From Myxococcales bacterium (GTDB lineage: Bacteria > Myxococcota > UBA727 > GCA-2721815), in assembly GCA_002721815.1 (NCBI GenBank), contig PBLQ01000021.1:65460-129459 (forward strand): 64,000 nucleotides of DNA, read 5' to 3'. The position numbers were made by a program, and so were the translations under genes. Numbering within the stretch: position 1 is the first letter of the stretch; each line of letters opens with the position of its first letter. The notes below the pieces were generated by a model, which was given only the letters and a program-made list of their open reading frames with translations, was not told the origin of the DNA and ran no database searches. Below, one piece after another: positions 27,544 to 37,218 of the stretch.

Positions 27544-29532
27544 TTACCAATCCTTTTCTGGCGGTGATTTGGGGGCGGTGAGTCGCATTTGAAAGGGGGC
27601 CAGCGGTTTTTCTTGTTCCCGCATGGCGTCGAGGAGCCTTACGCCACTTTTAGGCTTTGCCTCTTCTTCTTTGGGTTGTTGGGGTTGAGGCGCTTTCTTG
27701 TCTTTATCTTTGTCGCCTTTGTTTTTCTCATCTTCAGGCTGTGGCTGCTCTTGTTTGTTTTTGTCTTCTTTTTGATCAGCGTCATCAGCGTTTGAACCTT
27801 CTTGCTGCTGTTTCTCATCTTGGTTCTGTTCCTGATTCTGTTCTTGGTTTTGTTCGTCCTTGTTGTCTTGGTTCTCACCCGGCTCTTGCTGCTGGTCTTG
27901 TTGTTGTTCCTGTTGTTGTTCTTGCTGCTCTTTCATTTGAAGGGCCCGCAACAAATTCTTTTTGGCTCTTTCGTTGTTGATTTGCGCTACCAATGCGTCC
28001 CGGTATGCCTCAATGGCCCCTTCCAGATCTTGTTGTAAAAGACGAGCATTCCCCAAGCCCAGGGCCGCTTCGGATCTGATTTGGGGAACATGAGAGAGCC
28101 CGTAGGCATTTTGAAACGCTTGTTCTGCGCCGGCGAGAATGGCGGTGGCGTCGGTCTCAGCTTCAGGGTCGGGTAGGGGCGTAGGGGCTGGCGCGTTCGG
28201 GTTTGCCCCTGCGGCCGGGTTTTGCGCTTGTTGTTGGCTTTGGACTTGGGCTGCGCCTTGGGCCAACAGGGTAAAGGCGCGGTTGTACGCCTTGATGGCC
28301 CTTTGCGGGCGGGTCTGACCCGGTGCATTTTCGAAATGGGTTAAAGCGCTTTCATAATCCTGAGACTTCAAAGCCTGGATGCCCGCTTCGATTTGGGGTT
28401 CAGGGCGAAGAAAAATGGACTCTTTTTCGGGAGCAGGCTGGGCGTTGGCTGAGGTGGAGAGCAACCCCAGGGCCACGAACAGGAGTAGTTGTTTGGCTTG
28501 AGCATGAGCCATCCGTCCTCCAGGAGACAAGGCGGTGGCCAAAAGCCAAAATAAGAGCGCCAACCCCAAAGGCCACATGAAGCGATCCACGTAGAAGGTT
28601 TGGACGCGCGCTTGGAGTTCTTGCTTCTCAAGATTGCCCACCAAGCTTTCTACGTAGGAAAGACCGAGGTCGGGTTCTGATAAGCCATCGATGTATTTGC
28701 CTTTGCTTTTTTCCGCCAAACTTCGAAGCATGGGGGCATTGAGGCGGGTCATCACCGTTTGACCGTTTTTATTTTTTAAGTAGCCGGCCATTTGGCCCGA
28801 CTCATTTTTGAGGGGAATGGGCTCTCCTAATTCAGAGCCCAGCCCAATGACCACCGAGGCGATATTGGCCTTCTTGAGGGTGGCTCCTAATTCGTCGGTG
28901 GCACCCTCGTGGTCTTCTCCATCTGTGATCAGGACCAGGATGCGACCACTTTTACGGTCTTCGTCTTGCACCATGGCTTGGGCTTCAAAAAGCCGTAGGC
29001 TGGTTTGAATGCCTTCCGACAGGGCCGTACCACCTTGGGGCATGAGTTCAGGCGACAGTGCCTGTAAGAATGTTTTAATGGCTTCCATATCGGTGGTGAG
29101 GGGGCACTGCACAAAGGCAGTCCCTGCAAAGGCCACAATGCCCACTCGATTTTCTCCGATCTGTTCTAAAAATGAGGCGATTTCAAACTGAGCGCGCGAC
29201 AAGCGATCGGGACGGACGTCTTGGGCACGCATGGATTTAGACACGTCGATGGCAAACACCACATCGAGCCCTTGTCTTGGGCGCATCTCGGTTTCTGAGC
29301 CGATCAGAGGCCCGGTGAGGGCCAAGACCACAAAGAACACCGATAGCATCGATAAAAGTCGCCGGAGAAAACGGCGTTGTGGTGAAAAGAAGACGAGCAT
29401 GGGTTTGAGCGTTTCAAATTGCCCCAAGACTGCTAACTTTTGCACAATGGTTTTTTCTTCGCGTCGTGCCAGTACAAAGAGCAGCAGCGGAAAAACCAAA
29501 AAGACAAAAGCCAGTGAAAAAGCAAAATTCAA
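27544..29532 (-). CDS. VWA + TPR protein (BatB-BatC fusion) with Gln/Glu/Lys-rich tail
   Basis: MIDAS DVSKSM, PDRL, FAG..PLTTD, ITDGEDHE, then TM, TPR-like helices, a Q-rich linker and the BatC-like EKDW end. TTG start inferred. Confidence 0.85.
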   Translation of the reverse strand: MNFAFSLAFVFLVFPLLLFVLARREEKTIVQKLAVLGQFETLKPMLVFFSPQRRFLRRLLSMLSVFFVVLALTGPLIGSETEMRPRQGLDVVFAIDVSKSMRAQDVRPDRLSRAQFEIASFLEQIGENRVGIVAFAGTAFVQCPLTTDMEAIKTFLQALSPELMPQGGTALSEGIQTSLRLFEAQAMVQDEDRKSGRILVLITDGEDHEGATDELGATLKKANIASVVIGLGSELGEPIPLKNESGQMAGYLKNKNGQTVMTRLNAPMLRSLAEKSKGKYIDGLSEPDLGLSYVESLVGNLEKQELQARVQTFYVDRFMWPLGLALLFWLLATALSPGGRMAHAQAKQLLLFVALGLLSTSANAQPAPEKESIFLRPEPQIEAGIQALKSQDYESALTHFENAPGQTRPQRAIKAYNRAFTLLAQGAAQVQSQQQAQNPAAGANPNAPAPTPLPDPEAETDATAILAGAEQAFQNAYGLSHVPQIRSEAALGLGNARLLQQDLEGAIEAYRDALVAQINNERAKKNLLRALQMKEQQEQQQEQQQDQQQEPGENQDNKDEQNQEQNQEQNQDEKQQQEGSNADDADQKEDKNKQEQPQPEDEKNKGDKDKDKKAPQPQQPKEEEAKPKSGVRLLDAMREQEKPLAPFQMRLTAPKSPPEKDW

Positions 29533-29542
29533 AACGAACGTC

Positions 29543-30598
29543 CTATGGCAGTGACGACCCACGGGTGGTCAGCAACGCTTGCCCGCCGAAGAGCAGCATT
29601 AAAGCGAAGAGTAAGAAAAGTGGATAAAGATCAATGCGCTTGCGTGAAGGTGCGGCGCCTTCCAATACGGATTGGTCCATGGCTGCGAGAATTTCTTGGA
29701 GTGAAGTTTCCAGTTCTCTGGGGGCCGTGGCGGAGAAAAAATTACCATCACTGGTCTTGGCCATGCGTTGCAGTAAGCTGGGGTTGGTGGGCCACTCCAC
29801 TTCTTGGTATCGTTCTCGTCCAAACATGTCTTTGCCTACGGGATAGGGGACTTTGCCACCTTTGCCCACCAGGATTGAAAATATTTGAATCTCAAACGCT
29901 TTGGCCAATTCCGCCGCTTTGAGTGGGTCAATGGACCCGGCATTGTTATCCCCATCGGTGATCAAGATAAGGGCCTTCCCTTTGGCTTTACTTTCACGAA
30001 GTCGATTGACCCCGGTGGCGGTGGCGTCTCCGATGGCGGTTCCATCTTCGATCACACCCGTACGAATGCCGTCTAAGATTTCGGCCAACATCTCTTTGTC
30101 ATGGGTGAGGGGGGATTGGGTGTAAGCTTGACCCGCAAAGACCACCAAACCAATGCGGTCGGAGCGTCGGGTGAGCAGGTGCTTTTTGATAATGGATTTG
30201 GCAACGTTCAGGCGATCTTTGGGTTTGAAGTCTGCCGCTTTCATAGAGCCACTAACGTCGAGAACCACCACCATATCGATGCCTTCGGTTTCACTGGGGG
30301 CAGGTGGTGCCAAAATGCGTGGACGGGCCAAAGTGATCACCAACAAAAGCCCTCCCATCCACCAAAAGGTGCGGCCCAAATGAAAGAAATAGAGATTGCG
30401 ACCCTTGGGCAGTCGCTTCATGAGGTCCATTCGTGGAAAACCCAAATGGGCACGACGGCTGAGGTCCGCAAATTGCCTGATCACCACCAGCAACCAAGGA
30501 ATGAGCAGCAACAGAAGCCACGGGTTGTCCAAGACCAAGTCATTGATCCCACCTTCTTGCAGCCCACTCAAGGCGTTGTTGAGACCTTCCCAATTCAT
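29543..30598 (-). CDS. batA: BatA-like VWA domain protein
   Basis: EGIDMVVVLDVSGSMKAADFKPKDRL, DRIGLVVFAG, DGTAIGDA, ITDGDNNAG. Confidence 0.88.
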   Translation of the reverse strand: MNWEGLNNALSGLQEGGINDLVLDNPWLLLLLIPWLLVVIRQFADLSRRAHLGFPRMDLMKRLPKGRNLYFFHLGRTFWWMGGLLLVITLARPRILAPPAPSETEGIDMVVVLDVSGSMKAADFKPKDRLNVAKSIIKKHLLTRRSDRIGLVVFAGQAYTQSPLTHDKEMLAEILDGIRTGVIEDGTAIGDATATGVNRLRESKAKGKALILITDGDNNAGSIDPLKAAELAKAFEIQIFSILVGKGGKVPYPVGKDMFGRERYQEVEWPTNPSLLQRMAKTSDGNFFSATAPRELETSLQEILAAMDQSVLEGAAPSRKRIDLYPLFLLFALMLLFGGQALLTTRGSSLP

Positions 30599-31602
30599 GC
30601 GGCCTCCTCTACGGGTTCTTCTTTGGTGGCCAAGATCAAAGCTTTAACTTGATTGGCAAAACTGTGAGCGTTTTGTGGAGGGATTTCGGCTTTGGCAAAT
30701 TTCACCAAGTCGGTGGTTTCTAAAATGTCCTTCACCAACTGAACGTTTAAGCCTGCATCTGAAATCTTTAAGAGGTCCGCCACCAGTTCTCGGGTGGTGT
30801 GTTTTTCAGCAGGGAAGTCATACCGGCCCTCCAAATAGGATCGTAGAATGTCGTTCATGAGGACGGTGACGAACGTTTTGACTTCCCCTTTTTCTAAATG
30901 CCCTTCAGCCATCAGTCGTTCAAGCCTTTCCAAGGCGACGACATGTGGAGGGATGGCAGGGGTTGCGGGTTGTTGTTCGACCAAGGCTTTGGGCAGTTCG
31001 GGAAGTCGGCGACGCATCATGAACCACAAAAAGAGCAATAAGCATACCAGTGTGGTGGCGGCAAACGTTCCAAAGACATAAGGGCGTTCATCTGAAACCA
31101 TAAAAACAAAAGGACCGGCATGCCCTTCAAAACCTTTTTCTTGCTCTTCTTTAGAGGGTGGGGGGACGGGGCGCTGGGCCAGCGCCATGGGGTCAATGAT
31201 CAAGGGCTCGTCCAAGTTGGTGGGCACTTCAATGCGAGGGGTGTCAATGTCCTTGAGGTCTAAGGGCAGAAGCGGGATACGCCAAACTTCCTGGATAAAA
31301 GCGAGCCCAGCATCGGCTCCTAACGTTTTTCTTTGGTATTGAATGGGACCCACAGCACGGAGGTTGTCTTGCGTTGGGAGCTCTTTGGGGAAGTTGAGCT
31401 GAATATGCGGGAGGTGTTTGACCGTGATCACCAACAAAACGGGCTTGCCAAATTCTGCGGTGGCAGGTTCTTGGTGAAGCGTGAGTGTGAAGTCTCGACT
31501 GGGCCCAGTTCCATCGGTTAACACGCCGCCATCCAAGGCTTGCCCTGGATGCGCAGTGAGGGCGGTGAGCCAAAAGACGATGAAGAGGGACAGACGCATC
31601 AT
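30595..31602 (-). CDS. Bat-cluster single-TM accessory protein (DUF4381-like)
   Basis: Signal peptide, TM, then PPHVVALERL, ILRSYLEGRY, TTREL, DLVKFAK. Lies between DUF58 and batA. Confidence 0.75.
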   Translation of the reverse strand: MMRLSLFIVFWLTALTAHPGQALDGGVLTDGTGPSRDFTLTLHQEPATAEFGKPVLLVITVKHLPHIQLNFPKELPTQDNLRAVGPIQYQRKTLGADAGLAFIQEVWRIPLLPLDLKDIDTPRIEVPTNLDEPLIIDPMALAQRPVPPPSKEEQEKGFEGHAGPFVFMVSDERPYVFGTFAATTLVCLLLFLWFMMRRRLPELPKALVEQQPATPAIPPHVVALERLERLMAEGHLEKGEVKTFVTVLMNDILRSYLEGRYDFPAEKHTTRELVADLLKISDAGLNVQLVKDILETTDLVKFAKAEIPPQNAHSFANQVKALILATKEEPVEEAA

Positions 31603-32555
31603 GTGGTCATTCCTCCGCTGCCCCGAGATAATAAACGGACCATGGTTTTAGGCACATCTTCCCGTTGCAGGACGGTCGCATGATCCAAACCAAAGCGACG
31701 AAAGGTTTGTCGAATGTGCGCCCGCTCTCGTTGCACCATCAGGGCGAATTGGCGTTGGCCATCTGGCGCGCTGGTGTCTACAAAATGGGTTTGTCCGCTT
31801 TCTGGATCGAAGAGCCGAATGAGCCCCACGTTGGGAAATTCGTGTTCGCGGGGGTCGGCCAGTTCCACCATCATGACATCGTGCCTTTTACCCAAGGTGC
31901 GCAGTGGCTTTTCGTAGGAGGTCACGGGTTGCTCTGGGGTTTGGAAGTCGCTCAAAATGGCCACGATGGCCCGTTGTTTTGATAGCGCGGAAAGGGTTTT
32001 GGTGGCCAAGGCCAAATCTGTTTTTTGTCCTTTGGGTTCAACCGACAAAATATCGCGCAAAATGCGCATCACATGGCCGCGTCCCTTTTGTGGGCGTACC
32101 AAACGCTCCACGCGATCGGTGAAGAGCAGCAAGCCCACCTTGTCATTGTTGCGCAAGGCGGAAAAGGCGAGCATGGCCGCTGCTTCTGTGGCCATTTGTC
32201 GTTTCGAGGCAGCGCCGGAACCAAACGACATGGAGCCAGAGAGATCGACGGCCAAAATGAGGGTGAGTTCCCGTTCTTCAGCGAAGACTTTGACGTGCAG
32301 ATCACCGGTGCGTGCGGTGGTGTTCCAATCCACATGACGCGGATCGTCCCCTGGGACATAAGCCCGGCTTTCCTCAAAAGCCATTCCTCGGCCTTTGAAT
32401 TTCGTGTGGTAAGCGCCGGAGGCTTGGTTGTTCACCATTTTTCGGGTGGACAACTCCAACTGTCGTACCCGCTTGAGCAGGGCGCGCAGTTCTTCCTTGG
32501 CTTCCGATTCGCTTTCCACCAGCGCTTTGCTGCGAAATAAAAGTGGCGTTTTCAT
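31599..32555 (-). CDS. DUF58 domain protein
   Basis: FKGRGMAFEESRAYVPGDDPRHVDWNTTAR, EEREL, DLSGSM, LSDF. Confidence 0.92.
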   Translation of the reverse strand: MKTPLLFRSKALVESESEAKEELRALLKRVRQLELSTRKMVNNQASGAYHTKFKGRGMAFEESRAYVPGDDPRHVDWNTTARTGDLHVKVFAEERELTLILAVDLSGSMSFGSGAASKRQMATEAAAMLAFSALRNNDKVGLLLFTDRVERLVRPQKGRGHVMRILRDILSVEPKGQKTDLALATKTLSALSKQRAIVAILSDFQTPEQPVTSYEKPLRTLGKRHDVMMVELADPREHEFPNVGLIRLFDPESGQTHFVDTSAPDGQRQFALMVQRERAHIRQTFRRFGLDHATVLQREDVPKTMVRLLSRGSGGMTT

Positions 32556-32563
32556 AAATGGGT

Positions 32564-33580
32564 CTAAGGCACAGGGACCGCTTCAAAGAGGCGTTGAACC
32601 ACTTCATCGTGTTTCACTTCTTCGGCTTCGGCCTCAAAGGTGAGATGCACACGGTGACGCAAAACATCCAGACCGATGGCCTTGATATCGTCGGGGGTGA
32701 CATAGCCGCGATGTTGCAAAAATGCATGGGCTCTGGCGGCGGTGGCCAACGCCAAGGTGGCTCGAGGTGACGCCCCGTATTGGATGTAAGGTTCGATATC
32801 GGACAAACCCACCGTTTGGGGTTCACGGGACGCGAATACCAAATCCACAATGTATTTTTTAATCTTTTCGTCGATATAAATATTGCGAGTCACTTCGCTG
32901 GCGCGCTTGAGTTCCTCGGGGCCGATGATGTCCTGGGCCACCACCGGGTTGCCTTCGGTGAAACGCTCCATGATGGTTCTTTCCTCGGCGCGCGTGGGGT
33001 AGCCCACGTGTACCTTGAGCATGAAACGATCCATTTGGGCTTCGGGCAAAGGGTATGTGCCTTCTTGCTCCACCGGGTTTTGTGTGGCCATGACAAAGAA
33101 AGGCCAAGGCAGTTCAAACGTTTTACGCCCCAACGTCACTTTGCGTTCTTGCATGGCCTCTAAAAGTGCCGACTGCACCTTGGCGGGCGCGCGGTTAATT
33201 TCGTCGGCCAAGAGCAGGTTGGACATGATGGGGCCCACGCGTTCTTCAAACACGCGCTTTTCGGGATCCCAAATGGAGGTGCCCGTGAGATCAGAGGGGA
33301 GCAAATCGGGGGTGAATTGCACCCGTTTAAAATCCAAACGCAGGACTTGAGACAGGGTGGTCAGGGTCAGGGTTTTTGCCAAGCCCGGAACGCCTTCTAA
33401 AAGAACGTGGCCGCCTGCCAACAGGCCAATGAGCACCCGTTCCACCATGTGGCGTTGGCCAACGATGACTTTTTGAACTTCATTGATCACCGAATCCACG
33501 AAAGCACTTTCTTCACGTACTTTTTGGGTGAGGCCGGCGATATCTAAGGACGATTGCGAATTAGTGTGTTGTGCTTCCAT
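32564..33580 (-). CDS. moxR: MoxR-family AAA+ ATPase
   Basis: EGVPGLAKT, QFTPDLLPSD, LADEINRAPAKVQSALLEAMQE, ATQNPVEQEGTYPLPEAQMDRF. Confidence 0.95.
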   Translation of the reverse strand: MEAQHTNSQSSLDIAGLTQKVREESAFVDSVINEVQKVIVGQRHMVERVLIGLLAGGHVLLEGVPGLAKTLTLTTLSQVLRLDFKRVQFTPDLLPSDLTGTSIWDPEKRVFEERVGPIMSNLLLADEINRAPAKVQSALLEAMQERKVTLGRKTFELPWPFFVMATQNPVEQEGTYPLPEAQMDRFMLKVHVGYPTRAEERTIMERFTEGNPVVAQDIIGPEELKRASEVTRNIYIDEKIKKYIVDLVFASREPQTVGLSDIEPYIQYGASPRATLALATAARAHAFLQHRGYVTPDDIKAIGLDVLRHRVHLTFEAEAEEVKHDEVVQRLFEAVPVP

Positions 33581-33727
33581 AAGACCTAGAAAAGAAACAG
33601 AAATTACAGAAATTGCAAGGGGGGAGTCGGGAATTGGCGGTGTTAAAAAAAGCCACCAGGCCCATTGAAAAATTCTGATATTTTGGCAATTTAGCCCTCT
33701 TAAGACCCAGACTCAAAGGAAATAAAG

Positions 33728-34456
33728 ATGGTGCTCGGACTGTTTGGCGGTAACAAGCCCACCCAAAAGAACATTGAAAAGCAGGTGGCAAAACTCAAAG
33801 AGCGTTTTGCCCAAAACGATTTTCGGCGCATGGCCATGGACAAATTGCTCGAATGGGGCACCCCGGAAGCTTACGATGGTTTGCTCAAACGGTTCACCAT
33901 GGTGGCGCAATCGCCCCACTGGGATGAGATTGAGAAGAAATGGCTGGTAGATACGCTGGTGCAAAACGGCGCGCCCGCCAAAGAAGCGTTGGTGCGTTTC
34001 ATCAACACCGAAAACCAAGTCACCTTTGCGTGCCGTGCCTTGGCTAAAACCTCCAGCCAAGAAGAATTGGTGCAGTACGTGGTCGATGCTCTGGGGCACC
34101 GATCGCCCGAAGAGCTGCGCTCTGAGCAGGGCAAAAAAGAGCTCATTCACGTGCTCGATGAAAACCCGGACCCGCGCGTGGGCGAAGCGGTTTTGCCTTT
34201 TCTGAATGACCATTCTGACGATGTGCAATGCGCAGCCATAGATGTGGTAAAAAACCAAAAGATCACCGACGGCTACGAGGCACTTCAGAATTTGTTGGTG
34301 GATGAACTGAGTTCGGCCCGGGTGCAACGCTACGCAGCGGCTGCCGTGGTTGAGTTGGAGTTGGACATCAACGAGGACAAGGACTTGGCGCCGGCGGTTT
34401 TAGAAGACTATGCTGTTAAAGACGGCCGACTGGCCTTGAACCGTCCCTCAGCCTAG
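33728..34456 (+). CDS. HEAT-repeat-like helical protein
   Basis: AAAGGA RBS. Helical repeats with LPFLNDHSDDVQCAAI. Confidence 0.75.
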   Translation: MVLGLFGGNKPTQKNIEKQVAKLKERFAQNDFRRMAMDKLLEWGTPEAYDGLLKRFTMVAQSPHWDEIEKKWLVDTLVQNGAPAKEALVRFINTENQVTFACRALAKTSSQEELVQYVVDALGHRSPEELRSEQGKKELIHVLDENPDPRVGEAVLPFLNDHSDDVQCAAIDVVKNQKITDGYEALQNLLVDELSSARVQRYAAAAVVELELDINEDKDLAPAVLEDYAVKDGRLALNRPSA

Positions 34457-35490
34457 TGCGCGCGTTTTCGTCGCCACAGCAAAAAGATCGCCAATAAGCC
34501 GGCCCACGAAATAAAAACGGGGCTGGACTTACACGAGGAGACCACACTCGGTGGGAGATCTTTACCGGTATCTTCCATCTGGGGGTTGAGCTGAACGTTT
34601 TCTTCGATGCTGTTATCTGCCTGATCGGTGGGTTCTTCAGGGGTGCTTTGGGAATCGCCTTCGGGGTCATCCTCGGGGGGATCTTCTGGGTCTACCACCG
34701 GGTCATCAACGGGGATGGCGCTCGAATCATCGTCGAGGGAGACGGCCGCATCTTGCGTTTCAGTTTCGTCGCATTCGGGATCTTCTTCACAAGGCACGTC
34801 TTCGAGGCATTCTCCTTCTGCCACAGCAAAGCCGATGTCCATGCCGTAGTAAAACCGCAAAATGTCCTCGTATCCCCACCCCGCATCGGACAAGCAGTCG
34901 CTGCCGTTTTGTGACATACAGCCCCGATTGGCGAGGTTGGCTTCATTGATCCAGCCAAGGCTGGTTTGCTCTACATCATCACCGTAAAATCCCCAGTTGT
35001 AGGTGACGTAATGTTCGGTGTTGAAATCTTCAGGGTCATCAGCGGTAGCCACACAATTGATTTGGTCAGAGGGGTGTGCACCGGCCACGTAAAAGGTGGA
35101 TACCTGTGTTTCTTGGTACACCAGATGGATGCCCGCGGTGTCGGCCACTGCATCATAATGAATTTGGGAGGGGTAGCGCCCACAAGAATAGACTTGGTCA
35201 CTTTGACCGTCTGCGATTTGTCCGTAGTTGATGATTTTATAGTAGAGGTAAGAACGAGCTGCCACGGCTTGGGCTTTGAGCGCTTCATAGGAGGCATTCC
35301 CGTTTTCACATTTGATCACATGGGGAAGGTAATCGAGTTCGATGTCCACACCTTCGGTGCCGATGACCGGCGCATCGCAAGGGGCCTCCAATGCAAACTG
35401 TGCTTTTTCGGGCGGTGTGAGCGTCATCCAAGCACTTGGATCACAAGCGCTGGTGCCCATCACCATCAGCATGAAAAAAACAGTCCGCAT
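34453..35490 (-). CDS. SpoIID/LytB-domain protein (putative lytic transglycosylase) with acidic linker and C-terminal sorting-like tail
   Basis: DYLPHVIKCE, EALKAQAVAARSY, SDQVY, GCMSQNG, ILRFYYG. Tail SSC..TM..RRKR. Confidence 0.85.
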   Translation of the reverse strand: MRTVFFMLMVMGTSACDPSAWMTLTPPEKAQFALEAPCDAPVIGTEGVDIELDYLPHVIKCENGNASYEALKAQAVAARSYLYYKIINYGQIADGQSDQVYSCGRYPSQIHYDAVADTAGIHLVYQETQVSTFYVAGAHPSDQINCVATADDPEDFNTEHYVTYNWGFYGDDVEQTSLGWINEANLANRGCMSQNGSDCLSDAGWGYEDILRFYYGMDIGFAVAEGECLEDVPCEEDPECDETETQDAAVSLDDDSSAIPVDDPVVDPEDPPEDDPEGDSQSTPEEPTDQADNSIEENVQLNPQMEDTGKDLPPSVVSSCKSSPVFISWAGLLAIFLLWRRKRAH

Positions 35491-35527
35491 TTGAATACTC
35501 CTCGAAGGGTCTCACATGAGTTTAGCC

Positions 35528-35545
35528 TTGCGATATATTTGCCAC
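35528..35545 (-). promoter_or_regulatory. Putative sigma54 promoter for the SpoIID-domain gene
   Basis: Minus strand TGGCAAATATATCGCA = GG-N10-GC, about 40 nt above the ATG, followed by a GAGGAG RBS. Confidence 0.35.
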
Positions 35546-35689
35546 AAAAAAAAAAGAACCAAAAGGGCCATTGGGCGGGTCACCCGGTGTTTTTTCGAGG
35601 AATAGCCCATGGCCTACAATTGTTAATTAATCGTTTAAATTCATTGAGATGCCCCATTCGATGGGTTAGGGCTGGAAGTTGGAGGCGAA

Positions 35690-37210
35690 ATGCGAGGGAT
35701 ACAAAACATTAAGCTCATTGGGGCGGCAATGGCCCTCTTCTTGAGCGTACCATCTGTGGCGCAAAACCAGCCCATTCGGGTGTTGCAGTCACAGGGAGAT
35801 CTCAGCGAGATCAGCCTCCATGAGGCGGTCAAAGAAGCGCTTTCAAAAAATGAAGATCTGGTGATCGCGGACGAAAACATCACCCAGCAAAACTACGCAG
35901 CGCTGGAGACTTGGTCCTATTTGCTGCCCACTTGGACCATTAGTGGCCAGAAACAATACAACTCCCCTGAGCAAACCGTCGAATTTCAGTCGGCCGAGCA
36001 GCTGGAAAACCAAGCCCTTCTGTACGATTCCATCGCGGAGATGATGGAGCAAAACGCCGCGATGATTCCTGATCCCTCAACTCAGGCGGATCTGCAAGAA
36101 CAAGCAGAAGGCTTGAGGGATGTTTCAACAGAGTTGCGGAGTACAGACGTTGAACCCACGGTCATCACGCCCGCAGAGGTCTTCAATGCGGATACCACCC
36201 TTCGCGTGCCGTTGTTCAACGGTCGTGCCTTTCCGGCGCTTCGCAATGCGTACAGCCGGCTCGACATTGCTCATTTATCCAAAGAGCAAATGCGCCAAGG
36301 CATCGCCCAAGCCACGGTCATGGCCTACTACATGGCGTGGCTCAGCCAAGAAAATTTGGAAAGTGCCCGTCGGCAACTCACGCGGTCCCAAGAACACGTG
36401 GCGGCCACTCAGCGTCGGGTGGACGCAGGCATCTTACCCATCAGTAATCTGCACCGTGCCAACTTAGAAGCCATCCAGGCCGATCAAGGCGTGAAAGAAG
36501 CTGTGAACCGTTTGGCGCAAAGTAAGGGCGCGCTGGGCTTCGTCATGGGGCGGGAAAACGATTTCAACTTGCAAGAGCCCCAGGTGGTGAGCGACGCAAT
36601 TATTGAAGAAGAAAAAACGCTGATCGAACGCGCCATGAAACAGAGACCTGATGTTAAAATTCAAAGGGTGTCTCTCATCATGAGCGAACGTTTGCGCCAC
36701 GATGCATGGTTGCGATTTTTACCCTCTTTCAATTTGGTGGCACAAACCCGTTACACCGACAACACAGCAGGGTTCATCAGCGAGCCCTACAACAGCACCG
36801 TGACGGTCCAAGGCTCTTTCACCCTCTTTGAGGGCGGGCAGCGCTTCATGTCACTTCAGAGTTCAGCCTCGCGGATTCGTCAGGAACGTACCAAGCTTGA
36901 AAAATTACAAAGGGACGTCCGCGCGCAGCTTCGTGCCATGATCAAAGATATCGAAACCAAAAAAGAGGTGTACGCCCAAGCGGTCGCGGCCAAAAAGATG
37001 GCGGAGAAGACCCGCAATAACGTGGTCCATACCCAGATGTCGGGTTTAGCCACCCAGCTAGAAGTTCTAGACGCCAACCATGCTCTCTTTTTGTCGGAGT
37101 TGCGGCAAACCCAAGCGCGGTTGCAGCTGGATTTGGCGTTTTGGGCTTTAAGAGACGCACAAGGCAACTTGGTGGGTGAGTTTTCTGATAACGCGGCCAA
37201 GGCGAAGTAG
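35690..37210 (+). CDS. TolC-family outer membrane efflux protein
   Basis: Signal peptide. ISLHEAVKEALSKN, LLPT, VPLFNG, RPDV, FLPSFNL, TLFEGG, GLATQLEVLDA. Confidence 0.88.
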   Translation: MRGIQNIKLIGAAMALFLSVPSVAQNQPIRVLQSQGDLSEISLHEAVKEALSKNEDLVIADENITQQNYAALETWSYLLPTWTISGQKQYNSPEQTVEFQSAEQLENQALLYDSIAEMMEQNAAMIPDPSTQADLQEQAEGLRDVSTELRSTDVEPTVITPAEVFNADTTLRVPLFNGRAFPALRNAYSRLDIAHLSKEQMRQGIAQATVMAYYMAWLSQENLESARRQLTRSQEHVAATQRRVDAGILPISNLHRANLEAIQADQGVKEAVNRLAQSKGALGFVMGRENDFNLQEPQVVSDAIIEEEKTLIERAMKQRPDVKIQRVSLIMSERLRHDAWLRFLPSFNLVAQTRYTDNTAGFISEPYNSTVTVQGSFTLFEGGQRFMSLQSSASRIRQERTKLEKLQRDVRAQLRAMIKDIETKKEVYAQAVAAKKMAEKTRNNVVHTQMSGLATQLEVLDANHALFLSELRQTQARLQLDLAFWALRDAQGNLVGEFSDNAAKAK

Positions 37211-37218
37211 GAGCCTGT

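Noticed and set aside
27690..27930. Tandem repeat or CRISPR-like array
   Set aside because: Low-complexity Gln/Glu/Asn/Lys coding linker of the BatC-like region, with no repeat-spacer structure.
33713..34327. 204-aa minus-strand ORF and other long shadow ORFs (e.g. 34966-35712, 52903-53541, 53864-54514, 1429-1923)
   Set aside because: They overlap better-supported genes in antisense or alternate frames and show no recognisable motifs.
35546..35555. A10 tract as a phase-variable promoter element
   Set aside because: A-tracts are common in intergenic DNA here, and variability cannot be shown from one sequence.
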